From Phyllobates terribilis (Eukaryota), in the NCBI RefSeq assembly GCF_046119375.1, contig NW_027362772.1, positions 72,850,001 through 72,914,000 on the forward strand: a DNA stretch of 64,000 bases, read 5' to 3'. Below are positions 12,633 through 23,844 of the stretch, one piece after another (the first letter of the stretch is position 1; each line of letters starts with the position of its first letter). The notes beneath the pieces were generated by a model. It was not told the DNA's origin. It saw only the letters and a list, made by a program, of their open reading frames with translations, and searched no databases. The position numbers and the translations under genes are program-made.

Positions 12633-12757
12633 CCGATTTTTGGAATCTCCAGTGTCTGTCTCCTCTAAAGATTCCTGCTCGAGTACTTGCATAAGCTTCG
12701 ATGTCTCCGAGTCTGACCTCGGCCACAAATTCGACTTCATCCATTTCCTCCATCGAA
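12633..12757 (-). CDS. scaf1: scaf1 coding exon 5 of 10 (SMEEMDEVEFVAEVRLGDIE...HWRFQKS)
   Basis: Acceptor cctttaag, donor gtgcgt, 125 nt, phase 2/1. EFVAEVRLGD matches human ELVAEVRIGD. Confidence 0.9.
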
Positions 12758-13259
12758 CTTAAAGGGGAGAAAAATAAAGTGAAAAATCAAGTAAAAATTA
12801 CAAAACTCGCAGTATATCATGTGCGTTTTCTTAAGATTAAATGTCAGACTCAGCCTGAATTATAAACCTCTGACGACATATTGGATTCTCGGTGATCCTA
12901 AGACCAAGGATGTCCAAACATCATTTCTGAAGGAAAAACGTTTCCCGATGCGCTGTAAATGTACGTCATACTTCGGGCTCAGGAGCTGAGCAAGCTCCAC
13001 ACACATCTGGTGTTATATATCTGTCTCTCACACAGGGATCGGAGCTACCTCCCAAAGCGGTATTTAAGTGGTACAATCCTGACTGAGTGCAGTTTCAGAT
13101 GGCCACCCCACGGTGCTACTATAGGGTGCAGCCGGATTGCTATTTTTTGCTAAAAAGGTCCTTGTCGCCGCCATCTTGGTACTACTGTAAAGACCAACCC
13201 CAGGTTGCACTACATCATATTTTTCACTATATAGTGTATCAAATGACTGCAGGCTCAAG

Positions 13260-13620
13260 TGCCCCACAGGGGACTAAAAGTAAAAATAAAATTGTTGGAA
13301 TCATCTCGTCCTTTTCCCAGTTTAAAAAAAATAAAAAATCTATTTAAAAAAAATAAAAATAATTGATATCGCCAATTATCAAGATATAAAATGAATTACC
13401 CCCATGTAAAGGCTGTATATATTTTAAAAAAAACATTGAAATTGTCAAAAAGTGTAATAAAAGAAATCAAAACCTGTGTACCCCAAAACGGTATCAATAA
13501 AAACCATCAGCTTACCATGCAAAGAAAAAAAAAAGAACAAGTCCTCAATCAAAAAATAAAAAAGTTATGGCTCTTGAAAGAAGGGTAGGAAGAAAACTAA
13601 AGTGCAAAAACGAAGGAAAA
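13260..13620. mobile_element. Degraded AT-rich DNA-transposon remnant (hAT-like)
   Basis: Shares segments with 22040-22900 (AAAAAATAAAAAAGTTATGGCTC, TGTACCCCAAAACGGTATCAATAAAAAC); superfamily assignment is from memory. Confidence 0.45.
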
Positions 13621-13661
13621 GGTAAAAATGATTAGAACACAAACATCTTATTTAAAGTGAA

Positions 13662-14072
13662 TTAAAGGGAATCTGTGATCAGTTTTTTGCAAAGTAACCT
13701 GATATAGTGACAGAGACCCTGATTCCGGTGATGTATCTCTTAGTTTACCGAGTGCTGCAGTTGTGATACAATCCCGGTTTTCTCTGCTGTAGATCTAGCA
13801 GTGCTCGGAATGCTGAGCCGTGTATAACCCCGCGGCACAACACTGATTGGCTACTTTCTGTGTACACTGTAACAGTGCTGGGGGTGTGGTTGGACTAGGA
13901 GGCAAGAGACACCTAGTCCTGTTTGTGATAATCTCCTGATGATAAAACACAGATTGTATTGAAACAGCAAAAGACAACCTAATAAGTGACACATCGCTGG
14001 AATCAGGGTCTCTGCCCCTCCATAGTGCTGCTCTCGGAATACATAGCAAAAACTTGCTGACACATTCCTTAA
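13662..14072. mobile_element. T2/Kolobok-type MITE
   Basis: TTAA at both ends, AGGGAATCTGT...CACATTCCT termini, and an inverted arm CAGAGACCCTGATTCC / GGAATCAGGGTCTCTG. Confidence 0.8.
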
Positions 14073-14172
14073 AGATATGGAAACAGACAAGCATCATTTT
14101 TATCACCAAAGATTTCCTGCTACAGTAGATCCAGCGGACTTACTCAGGTACAATATGGCCGCGGATACTCAC

Positions 14173-14312
14173 TACAAATCTTCATATTCTAGACTGTCCT
14201 CTACAAAAGACTGGAGACGAGACCCTGGTGCGGCGATTGTACTACAAGTCCTTTCAGCATATTCCAATGCGCTAGACAAACTAAACAGCGGATCTGCCGC
14301 GGGTTCAGGAAC
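14173..14312 (-). CDS. scaf1: scaf1 coding exon 4 of 10 (VPEPAADPLFSLSSALEY...SLEYEDL)
   Basis: Acceptor gtcttttcag, donor gtgagt, 140 nt, phase 0/2. The phases join the neighbouring exons exactly; sequence is only weakly similar to human. Confidence 0.8.
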
Positions 14313-15194
14313 CTGAAAAGACAAAAATAGTGAAAAATGTCACTGCCTTGTTCTCTGCAACAAGGGTTAAAAACTGATAAAGTCCTTGAAATCTATCTAC
14401 TAATGAACAGGAAACCTGGCAGAAAAGGATATATCATTGTGTAAGTAAGAATGCTTACCACTCAGGAGTTGGAAAAGTTGCCTAAAAGTTACAGTTCCAC
14501 CTTCCATTTTGTAGTTATTTTTTAAAAAAATGTATAAATGGTATTAAAGTTGAAAAATGATTAAAAAAAAGTTTTGATATTTTCAACTTTTAAACACTAG
14601 GGGGAGCAGCAGCTGGCATTTGCCATGAAAACCTAGTGTACTGATAGCTCGCATTACGACTGCAGTAAAAGTGGGTGGGATCGGCTTGCGTGTATCTGAT
14701 GTCACTCCTCTCCTCCCCTTCTGGGTGTTTGTAAAAGAATAAGGTAAGATGAAGTTTAGGATCACAGAACGGAGACATTACTGGTGACTGCAAAGTGATA
14801 GTTTTTTATTGTACATCTTTACCAAAAAAAAAATGCAATTCTGGAATTTTTGATTTTTTTTTTGCTTTTGGTATTTCCCGCAGGAAAGAATTAATTTGAT
14901 ATTTTGATAGACCTTTATGGATGCAGCAATGCCACATGTTTCTTTTTCTTGTACATGAGAAAGCTGGTCCGGGGAACAGATACTGGGATCTGCTGCAACA
15001 GGAGGTGTTAAGGAGGGGCAGTTAGGCGGCGCTGTGTTGCCGATCCTTACAGGTATCTGAGCGGAGCAGTCATATCACTGCAGCACTCAGCTCACAGTAA
15101 GTAGACAGTTCAGCGGACTATATCACACATGATAAGATTAGATACACAGCTGTGATCTGAGAGGAGCCATCATGCCATTGCAGCTGCACCGTTC

Positions 15195-15777
15195 ATATCA
15201 CAGTACTTACAGGAGAGCGGTCACCAGGTCGGGGTACCAGGTCTGAAGCGATAATTTCATTCAGTGTCGTGTACTCGCAGCTATGGAAATCCCCTTCACA
15301 GAACTGGTGCCCAGACCTAGTGAGGTCTCATGAGTAATTACTGTGATCAGAGCGGAGCAGCCGCAATGACATGACGGCTCCACTAAGATCACAGTAATTA
15401 CCGGAGAGCACTCACCAGGTCCGGGTACCAGGTCTGCAGCGATAATTTCATACAGTGTCGTGTACCCACAGCTGGATAGATCACCTCCACAGCACTGGTG
15501 CCCGGACCTAGTGAGCTCTCACCAGTAATTACTGTGATCTCAGCAGAGCAGCCGCAATGACATGACGGCTCTGCTAAGATCACAGTAATTACCGGACAGC
15601 ACTCACCAGGTCCGGGTACCAGGTCTGCAGCGATAATTTCATCCAGTGTCGTGTAGTCACAGCTGTAGAAATCCCCTCCACAGCACTGGTGACAGTACCC
15701 AGTGAGCTCTCCCCAGTAATTACTGTCATCTGAGCAAAGCAGCCGCAATGACATGATAGCTCTGCTAAGATCACAGG
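15195..15777. repeat. Three tandem 191-bp units made of alternating inverted arms
   Basis: GGA(G/C)AGC..TCACCAGGTC at 15212, 15403 and 15594; each unit contains a ~55-bp arm and its reverse complement. Confidence 0.9.
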
Positions 15778-16047
15778 TGATAAAAGGAAAATGTAACTGC
15801 AGACGCTCAATTCCTCCAAGGCTCGCTTGGCCTCCATTGGAAGGTAAATGTCGGTGTTTACATCTGATATGTATAGATTAGCCTTACAACACGTGTCGCA
15901 GGTTTCCATTATACATGCACATTGGGAACTTTTTGCACCATATGTGTTTAACGGAAGCAAAAGATGAACCTGAGTCACAAGTCAGGAACTAAATCATGAT
16001 ATAATCTGCAAATAACTATAAAAGCAGAAAGGCCCCATCATACATAC

Positions 16048-16160
16048 AGAGTTTTCATTCTCAGCACGGAGACTATTTGGCTCTTCTGTGTCCACAGGTC
16101 TCTTCGATGGTTTCTTCTTACAAGCCTTTTTCGGTTTTGAACATTTTGATTTTTTTAGGT
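16048..16160 (-). CDS. scaf1: scaf1 coding exon 3 of 10 ((D)LKKSKCSKPKKACKKKPSKR...ENENS)
   Basis: Acceptor ttttgtag, donor gtatgt, 113 nt, phase 1/0, consistent with flanking exons. Confidence 0.82.
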
Positions 16161-16438
16161 CTACAAAATAATTAAAAAAAAAAAAAGTTTTAATACACCT
16201 CTTTACAGTAGAGCATCCGTAGGTAGCAGGTATACAGCAGTATGTCCACGGGTGGGTATTCTAATCCCGCTAGGATGTCATCTTGCAATACTAGACAGTT
16301 ATAGGCCAAACTTTACATGGTTATCCACCCTGTGTCTTCAGTTGGCCCCCTTACTGGATTCCAGGGGTCTACTGTGGGTATTATTGCACTTACAGGACAA
16401 AGGCTAAGAAATTGGTTTAAAAAAAAAACAAAACATAC

Positions 16439-16493
16439 CTGTAACCCTGTGGAGAGACTTCTTGCTTTCACTGACGACTTGCTGCAAAGCTTT
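16439..16493 (-). CDS. scaf1: scaf1 coding exon 2 of 10 (KALQQVVSESKKSLHRVT)
   Basis: Acceptor ttattgcag, donor gtatgt, 55 nt; similar to human RAIQQAVGSS. Confidence 0.85.
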
Positions 16494-16730
16494 CTGCAAT
16501 AAAATAAAGAAAAACTCCTTTACGCTAGATGATCCATGACTATACATCACCATATCAGGGTGAAGACCCCTAACAAGACACATGAACTTCAGAGGTCCCA
16601 GTGCGCTGCTCCTGCTTGTCTTACAATTGGACGGGTGCCATGTAAATATATATTGGGCTATATGTCAGCTGACGGCTGTGGGTGTCAGAAGCTGGTCCAA
16701 AAGTTCTACTTGCACGCTGAGATGACCCCT

Positions 16731-17000
16731 TTAAAAAGGGTTTTCTGGTTTCAGTTTAATTTAAAAGAAAACAAACCTTTGCCTTATTCACCCTCCCCAG
16801 GTCCAGCACTGTCCTGTGTCTATTATTGTCTGCAGCTCTGACGTCATGTCGATAGCTCGCAGATTGGCTGCAGTGCTGTCGACGTAACATCAGAGCTGCA
16901 GGTGATAACAGACACGAGAAGCAGCAGTGGAGACTCAATGTTGGACCGGGGGAGGATGAGTAAGATGATTCTGAAGGTTTTTTCGAAACTGGAAATAAAA
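16731..17000. mobile_element. TTAA-type MITE remnant
   Basis: TTAAAAAGGGTTTTC start; inverted arms CTGCAGCTCTGACGTCA / TAACATCAGAGCTGCAG and TCACCCTCCCCAGGTCC / GGACCGGGGGAGGATGA. Confidence 0.6.
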
Positions 17001-17086
17001 GTGAATGTAAAGCGTTGCAGAATATGATGGCACTATATAAGCAAAGCAAAATAAATAATAATAAGGAATGAGCCGTGTAGGATTAC

Positions 17087-17233
17087 CAGAATAATGTGTC
17101 CGGGGCAGAGCTCTTCGGAAGGATCCTGTTCGGTGACATCGGCGGGGAGCTCGTGTTCATCCTCCAATGTTGCGGGTTCTGTTGTTACCTCCTCTTCCTC
17201 ACTACGTTTCTGTTCCGGGTGGTCTTCTGCCAT
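17087..17233 (-). CDS. scaf1: scaf1 first coding exon (MAEDHPEQKRSEEEEV...CPGHIIL); exon spans 17087-17256 including 5' UTR
   Basis: Acceptor ctgttag at 17257-8, ATG in GTAATGG context, donor gtaatc phase 0. Acidic N-terminus ending HIIL, compare human SAFIL. Confidence 0.88.
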
Positions 17234-17859
17234 TACTGCAGCGTGCAATCACACACCTAACAGGACAGAAAAAAATAAATAAATAAATGGAGGTTACATA
17301 GTGGGATACATCTGCAAACAGAGCAGTGCCCTCCTGGAGATGATGGGAGTTGTAGGTGGAGGGCCACAGGGAATATTCTTGGACGATAGTTAAAGCTGTT
17401 CAGTCTTTGCAAAGTTAAGAATCATTATAATCAACTCCATTACCTTATTTAGCTCGCTTCTCTCAAATACCGTGCAGAAAGTGATGCTTTATCTGCCTAG
17501 TTCAGACTCCGTTAGAAGCTGCTTTTAACTGCTGCTCTAGAAAGAAACACTATATACAAACGTTCCCTGTCTGTATATGATGAGGAAGGCAGCAGAGAAG
17601 GTCACATGGCGAAGTGTTTGTAAATTGTGTTTGAGAAAGGATTCGTTCCAGAGCAGCAATTCAAAGCAGCTTGTAAAGGAGCATGAACTAGTACCAAAAA
17701 AACATACTAATATATTCAGAATATATACGTCCGATCTGCAGATATACTGGTAGTTCCACTTCTGGTCCTCTGCTCGATACAGGAGAGGGTTTCCCGTATC
17801 GTCAGGTCATAGACAACCCCGTTAATGGTCTGTTAATTAATGGCTGCATCTTGAGTTTT

Positions 17860-19130
17860 ACATCACAGTGATCTGGTACATGCCCTCACCCAACCAGGAG
17901 ACGTTATATACATTTCTAGGAGACCATGCATGTAAGACGACCAGCCAAAGCCATCTTCTGAGAAGGTCAGAGATTAGGGTCGTCTCCCACCACCACACGT
18001 TTCCAGAATGAAAGCTCTGCATACAGATCAGACATCTTTGATAGTGCTCGGGGGTTTCGAAACGAGGCGATGTTCTCGGCACCGTCACATTGACTTTAAA
18101 GGGAATGTCATCGGGGTTTCCCTAAAAAAGCTTTGGCGCCGTCAGCTGTATTTTGAGCGATTGTTCTTGGCACCCCCTCTCTGCTTGCCATACACGCCCC
18201 TGCTTCACTGCCACTTCTCACCGGCGGTATCGTCACTTTGTGTAGCTTTGCTTCTGCCGTAATGGAGTAGCGCGGCTGCGGTCCTGAAGCTGACCGAGCG
18301 CTCCAGCAACCCAACTGGCCCCAGACCAAAGCTTATAAGCTCCATTGGGAAGAGTTTGTAAGAGTTGCTCTCCTAGACTTGGTGGTCGGTAACCTCGTAT
18401 GAGCTGTACCTGCAGCCCACTCAGGTTGTACAGGTGGTTCAGCTCCTCCAGTCACAAGGTTTGCTGCATCCCCAGGAAAGTATCAAGAGGGAGGAGCAGA
18501 TATCAGGACATCGGCCGCTAAAAGAAGAGAGCGTCAACCCAACAGCAAGACCAATATCTGCTCCTGTGTGTGAGGGGAAACACGTACAACACGACCTCCA
18601 GTCCAGAACTCCTCACCAAAGTGTCACTCAGAGTCATCGATGGTGGCAGAAGGGCCCGACGTCCTCTAATGGGACCTGTGCAGCCCAATGGCATTCCCCA
18701 GAGAACTCCAGAATTGGAAGCCCTGTTCTGTTCACACGGAGCATGTCACAGTTATGTGGTCAGCAACGTCATCCAGCATGACTGGTTAATCGGTGGATCA
18801 GTGATGGTCTGGGGAGGTCACACAAACCTCCATGATAGGCCAGACCTGGGTTCCTCCTGGTGCAGGACCATGCCCAGCCTTGTGGTCAGCTCCTGGATGG
18901 TGCCATTGACTGGTTCTCACATTACCCAAACCTGAACCCAACGCCACCGCGTAGACGGTTCATGAGCTCACAGATACCTGGCTGCCCCAGGTCTGGGAGG
19001 AGATCACCATCCATGGTCCCATCAGTCTAGCCGTTGTAGGAGGCACGTGGACGCTACACACTACTGACCACATTATGAAAATCATGCAAATAGGATCCGC
19101 CTAAAATTGCAATTTTTCACTTTGATTTTT
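17860..19130 (+). mobile_element. Highly degraded Tc1/mariner-type remnant
   Basis: Residual NVIQHDWLIGGSVMVWGG peptide near 18765-18815; boundaries approximate. Confidence 0.5.
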
Positions 19131-19210
19131 GGGTGATCCGGTTGGTGATTTTACTTTCCACTGGCCATTAATAATGAATGACCCAATTTATATCAAGAAC
19201 GATTTGAACC

Positions 19211-19680
19211 TTAAAAGGGGTTCTCCACTACTAGGACAACCCCTTCTTGATCTAAATGTTTGGCCCCCATAAAATAATAAAGCCTTTACTCACCTCCCGT
19301 GCCGATGCTGTTCCAGCCGTGTCGGCATTCGCGGTACCGGGACTCTCATGCAGTTGTTGTGACACGTGACCCCGGCGCCCAATCAGCACCGGCGTCACTG
19401 TCTCCGCCTTCGCACTTTTTGAACATGAAGAGGAAGTCCGGGCGACAGCTGATCTCTAACTTCCTCTTCATGTCCAATTTGACAGGAGGCGGGGACAGTG
19501 ACGCCCGCGCTGATTGGACGACTATCTCACATGTCACAACAACCATACGAGAGTCCCGGTACAGCGAGTGCCAACACGGAACATCGCTGGCACGGGAGAG
19601 GAGAATAAGCTTTTTTATTTTGTCAGGGCCAAACATTTAGATCAAGAAGGGGCTGTCCTAGTAGTGAACAACCCCTTTAA
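19211..19680. mobile_element. T2/Kolobok-type MITE, almost fully palindromic (470 bp)
   Basis: TTAA at both ends; long arms GGACAACCCCTTCTTGATCTAAATGTTTGGCCC / GGGCCAAACATTTAGATCAAGAAGGGG. ORFs on the two strands give near-identical peptides, which confirms the palindrome. Confidence 0.92.
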
Positions 19681-19829
19681 ATCCTTCAATTATGGAAATT
19701 CAAAGTGTTCCCGTCATCGTAGATCTATACAAAGGCCGAATTCCACCAATTTTCCCTACGGCTGTTGTAATGTGAATGAGCTATATAACACCACATGACA
19801 TATATACATTTCCTATGGGAATCAGCACC

Positions 19830-19920
19830 CAGCTGTTGCAAAACTACAACTCCCAGCATGCCCTACCGGTCTGCACCTGCCCAGGCATGCTGGGAGTTAT
19901 AGTTCCACCCCAGCGGTTGT
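19830..19920. mobile_element. Small hairpin MITE-like element with ACTACAACTCCCAGCATG arms
   Basis: AACTACAACTCCCAGCATG...CATGCTGGGAGTTATAGTT; the arm recurs at 59521. Confidence 0.6.
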
Positions 19921-20158
19921 GCTGTACACTGCCATCACACACAGATGTGCAGTATATCGTATACACCCTGCTGCAGACAGTACGTGGATGCGTGATTGCA
20001 TGTGCAGGCCGCACAGATCTGCCTGCAGCCATCGATTATGATCGCAACGATTGCTATAAATGAGGCGATCAGCTCCATCCCCGGCTGCAGACCCCTCCCA
20101 GCCCCCCGGCCTTCTCCCCCAGTCCTCCTCCGCCGCCTCCTCAGACCCCCCGACTCAC

Positions 20159-20295
20159 ACAGGCGCCTGCCGCTCACAATCCGCCTCTGCTAGGACGGCC
20201 CGCACTGGCCAAGGACGATTTCTGGGTGGATTTCCCAGCTTTTACAACAAAGAGAGCTTCCCCATCTTTCCAGCGGCCGCCATCTTACCCCGCTG
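20159..20295 (-). other. scaf1: Probable non-coding first exon of scaf1
   Basis: CpG-rich; YY1-type AAGATGGCGGC at 20286-20276; candidate donors gtgagt (20158) and gtgagc (20177). TSS not determined. Confidence 0.7.
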
Positions 20296-20640
20296 CCTTC
20301 AGCGGAGTCCTACTGGTTGCACGGCATGCTGGGCGTTGTAGTCCTGTGGCGTAGACGGTCACTGCGTAGGTCGGGAAGCCACAACTCAGTCAAAGACTAC
20401 AAGTTCCAGCGCGCACCGCGGTGGGTCTACGCACTCAAGTCGACTCTCCCTTAGACGAAAGGTACGACGGGAAGTGTAGTTTTCTAGACGCACACAAACA
20501 CTGTTACTAAACAAGGACGAACTCGGTGATCCAGAATGCAAAGCGGCAGAGTGGAAGTGACTCAGAACAAAGCACGGATGGAATGCCGGGAGTTGTAGTC
20601 TATGTGCTCTCCTGCGGCAATTGCGCATTCAGCGTTGTGC
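20276..20640 (-). promoter_or_regulatory. scaf1 CpG-island promoter with a YY1 site and four ACTACA (ZNF143/THAP11-type) motifs
   Basis: ACTACAnnTCCC-like motifs at 20326-20343, 20395-20410, 20469-20483 and 20585-20600; high CpG density. Confidence 0.75.
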
Positions 20641-21010
20641 TGTTGTGGGGGCGCTGGTTATTGAGAGTCTAGTATATTATTTTGGCCCCTATTCACTTTT
20701 ATTTTTTTCCTCCAGCTATAACTTTTTCACTCCATAGAAGTGTATAGGGGATGAGGTTTATTTTTTTTAGCGTCCATTTCTTTGACTAAAAATCAGCGAC
20801 TCAAAATTTAGATCTTATCCCCCTCCTTCCTACTTCTTAGGCTACGTTCACATGATGAGTTTTGATGCTGCATCTTTCAGGCTGCTCTGTCGATGGGGCA
20901 TGACATCTTGTGTCATGCTGATTGACAGCTGGCTCCCCGCAGTTAGGCAGTGGGGAGCCAGCGGTCAATCAGCATGACCTCAACAGAGCAGAAGAGAAGC
21001 CCCTGCTCTG

Positions 21011-22035
21011 TCATAGAATATTAGAGTCGGAAGGGACCTCCAGGGTCATCGTGTCCAACCCCTGCTCAATGCAGGATTCACTAAACCATCTCAGACAGAT
21101 GTCTGTCCAGCCTCTGATTGAAGACGTCCATTGAAGGAGAACTCACCACCTCTCGTGGCCGCCTGTTCCACTCATTGATCACCCTCACTATCAACATTTT
21201 TTTCTAATATCTAATCTGTATCTTCTCTCTTTCAGTTTCATCCCATTGCTTCTCGTGTTTCCATGTGTAAATGAGAATAAGGATGATCCCTCTACACTGT
21301 GACACCCCTTCAGATATTTGTAGACAGCTATTAAGTCTCCTCTTTTTTGCAAGCTAAACATTCCCAGATCCTCTAACCGTTCCTCGTAGGACATAGTTTG
21401 CAGAACGCTCACCATCCTGGTAGCTCTTCTCTGAACTTGCTCCAGTTTTTCAATGTCTTTTTTTTTAAATGTGAAATGGACACAGTATTCCAGATGAGGT
21501 CTGACCAAGGAGGAGTAGAGGGGGATAAATACTTCATGTGATCTAGGCTCTCTGCTTCTCTTAATACATCCCAGGACTGTGCTTGCCTTTTTTGCTGCTG
21601 CATCACATTGTTGACTCCTATGCCGTCTGTGATCTATTACTATATCCAAGTCTTTTTCGCACCAACTGTTGCTTAGTTCTATTCCTCCCATTCTGTGGAT
21701 GTCATTTTAGTTTTTCTTGCCCAGATGTAGAATCTTGCATTTCTCCCTGTTAAATACTATTCTATTAGTTGCTGCCCATTGTTCAATCTTATCTTGATCC
21801 TTCTCAATCCTTTCTCTGTCTACTCTAGTATTAGCTATCCCTCTTAGCTTTGCATCATTTGCAAATTTGATTAGTTTACCTTCAGTTCCCTTATCTAGAT
21901 CATCTATAAAAATGTTGAACAACACTTGGTCCAAGACAGAGCCTTGTGGTACCCCACTTGAAACACTCTTCCAATTAGATGTGCAACCATTCATGACCAC
22001 TCTTTGAGTACGATCACTAAGCTGGTTATGAATCC
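21011..22035 (-). mobile_element. CR1 LINE, 5'-truncated; disrupted C-terminal part of RT/ORF2 and 3' tail
   Basis: SGVPQGSVL...FNIFIDDLD...LIKFAND, PLYSSLVRPHLEYCV, LEQVQRRATRM; 3' end GGTCCCTTCCGACTCTAATATTCTATGA (ATTCTRTG motif). Confidence 0.93.
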
Positions 22036-22039
22036 GGTT

Positions 22040-22900
22040 GTTATATATATGTCAATTATACTGCTCGGTGACCTCCATTAAAAAATAAAAATAATTTAAG
22101 ATTTATTGTTTTTTTTTTCTTTTATTCATGCCTGCTATCAAAAATGAATAAAAAAAAAGATTAAAAAAAAGTCGTATGTTATAGAAAATGGTAGTAGTGA
22201 AAGCTCAAGCTTGTCTCACAAAAAAGAAGCCCTTACACCATTTTGTGTACAGAAAATTAAAAAAAATGATATCAAAATATAATGATTCTCCACTCCCCCC
22301 CAAAGAAAATACTTTTAGTAATTTTTTTTTTGCACTGAAGTGCCAAAACATAAAAAAATATATATATATAAATTTAGTATTTTTTTTTATGATGGTATCG
22401 ACTCACAGAATAAAAATAATAGGATAATTATACCTAACAGTGAACGGAGTTGAAAAAAAAAAATTAAACTTTTTAAGAAATTAAAAAGCGATCAAAAAGT
22501 CGCATGTACCATAAACTGGTTCCAATAAAAACAAGCCATCGTACAACTCCCGTGATGGAAGCTTATGAAACTTAAGGCTACAGAATATGGCAATACAAAA
22601 AATATTGGTTTTTTTTTACAAGTGTTTATTTATTGTAATAAAAAACTAATAATAAAACTATGTATATTAAGTTCTGACCCATAGAATATGATGGACGCAT
22701 TATTTTTGCAGCACAGCGAATAGCTTAAAATTTAAAAGATAAAAAAGTGGTAGAATTGCTGTTTTATGTTCCTCTCCATAAAAGTTTGTTAATAAGTGAA
22801 ATGTAACCCAAAATTATTTCACTGACAAATACAAACTAATACATGAGCTGGGAAGAAGTAGCTTAGGAGGGTGTGTTTTTTTTTTCATGAGTTTTTAGAA
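22040..22900. mobile_element. Degraded AT-rich DNA-transposon remnant (hAT-like)
   Basis: Shares segments with 13260-13620; boundaries approximate. Confidence 0.45.
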
Positions 22901-22965
22901 TAGAAATTCTCAAACTCTCCTATCAAAAATTATGTTCTTTGGAGAGTTTCTGCTCCAAAAACTAA

Positions 22966-23342
22966 GGGCATGTTCACACTTCGTCTTTTCTCTTCGCACT
23001 TTCCTCTGGGAAAATGTTCAGTACTAATAAAACAAGTTAATGTGAAGGCTTTAAAAAAAAAAAAACACCCTAAAATGCCCTGGTTTTCAGGGTATGAGCT
23101 TATGAAAATGCTAGCGCTTTCTTCATTTCTTTTTTAGATTTTTTAGATATAGAAAAAAGTCTGGAACCTGCTAAAAAAAGACGGACACAAATAAAAGCGC
23201 AAATAATAATAAAAAAAAACGGAAAAAAAGACACTTTAGATTTACCAAATGGCACAAAAAAGGAGAGTTTCTTAAAGCGCATTCTGCTTGAAAAATGGAT
23301 ATTTTTGACCGCTGGAAAATAAGACGCAATGTGAATATACCC
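22966..23342. mobile_element. PIF/Harbinger-type MITE
   Basis: TIRs GGGCATGTTCACACTTCGTC / GACGCAATGTGAATATACCC, with a TAA target duplication at 22963-65 and 23343-45. Confidence 0.8.
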
Positions 23343-23844
23343 TAAGTGTAAATCGTCCTCAAAACCACTTGGAAAATTCTTACTATTAATTTCTAAGGGA
23401 AATTCACTTTGCTGTTCATATAAGAAGTACTTTTGAGTGTTTTTTTTTTTCCTGAAGAGCTTTTGAAAAACGAATGGTGGAAAAATGGAAAGTGCGTGTT
23501 AGGACTCGTGCACACAAACGATTTTCTTGTACAATTGTTATTGTGGTTTTTTACGAGTGTTATCATATCCGTTTTTTTTTCTCTCAACATCCGAGAAAAA
23601 CTGTTGGCACTCTGATCAATGAATGATCGGAATAATCGGTCCGTTTTTCTCGTATGTTGAGAAAACGGTCATAACACCCTTCCCTTCTCTGAACTGGATC
23701 CTGATAGAATCCAATACAAACTGGGAAGTGTCCAATCACAAAACACTTTGTGAAAAAAAAACTTTTTCTAAAACTCTTCAGTAAAACAAAAACTGTTTCA
23801 AAAACTCCTGAAAAAAGGATTTTTTTTTTTTTCAAAAAAGTTTA

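Noticed and set aside
12393-12740. 115-aa minus-strand ORF
   Set aside because: Wrong frame; the SCAF1-homologous peptide is in another frame within 12633-12757.
15195-15777. Calling the 191-bp units H/ACA snoRNAs or known miRNAs
   Set aside because: Stems are too long and perfect, I could not place H and ACA boxes, and I recognise no known miRNA; kept only as a structural finding.
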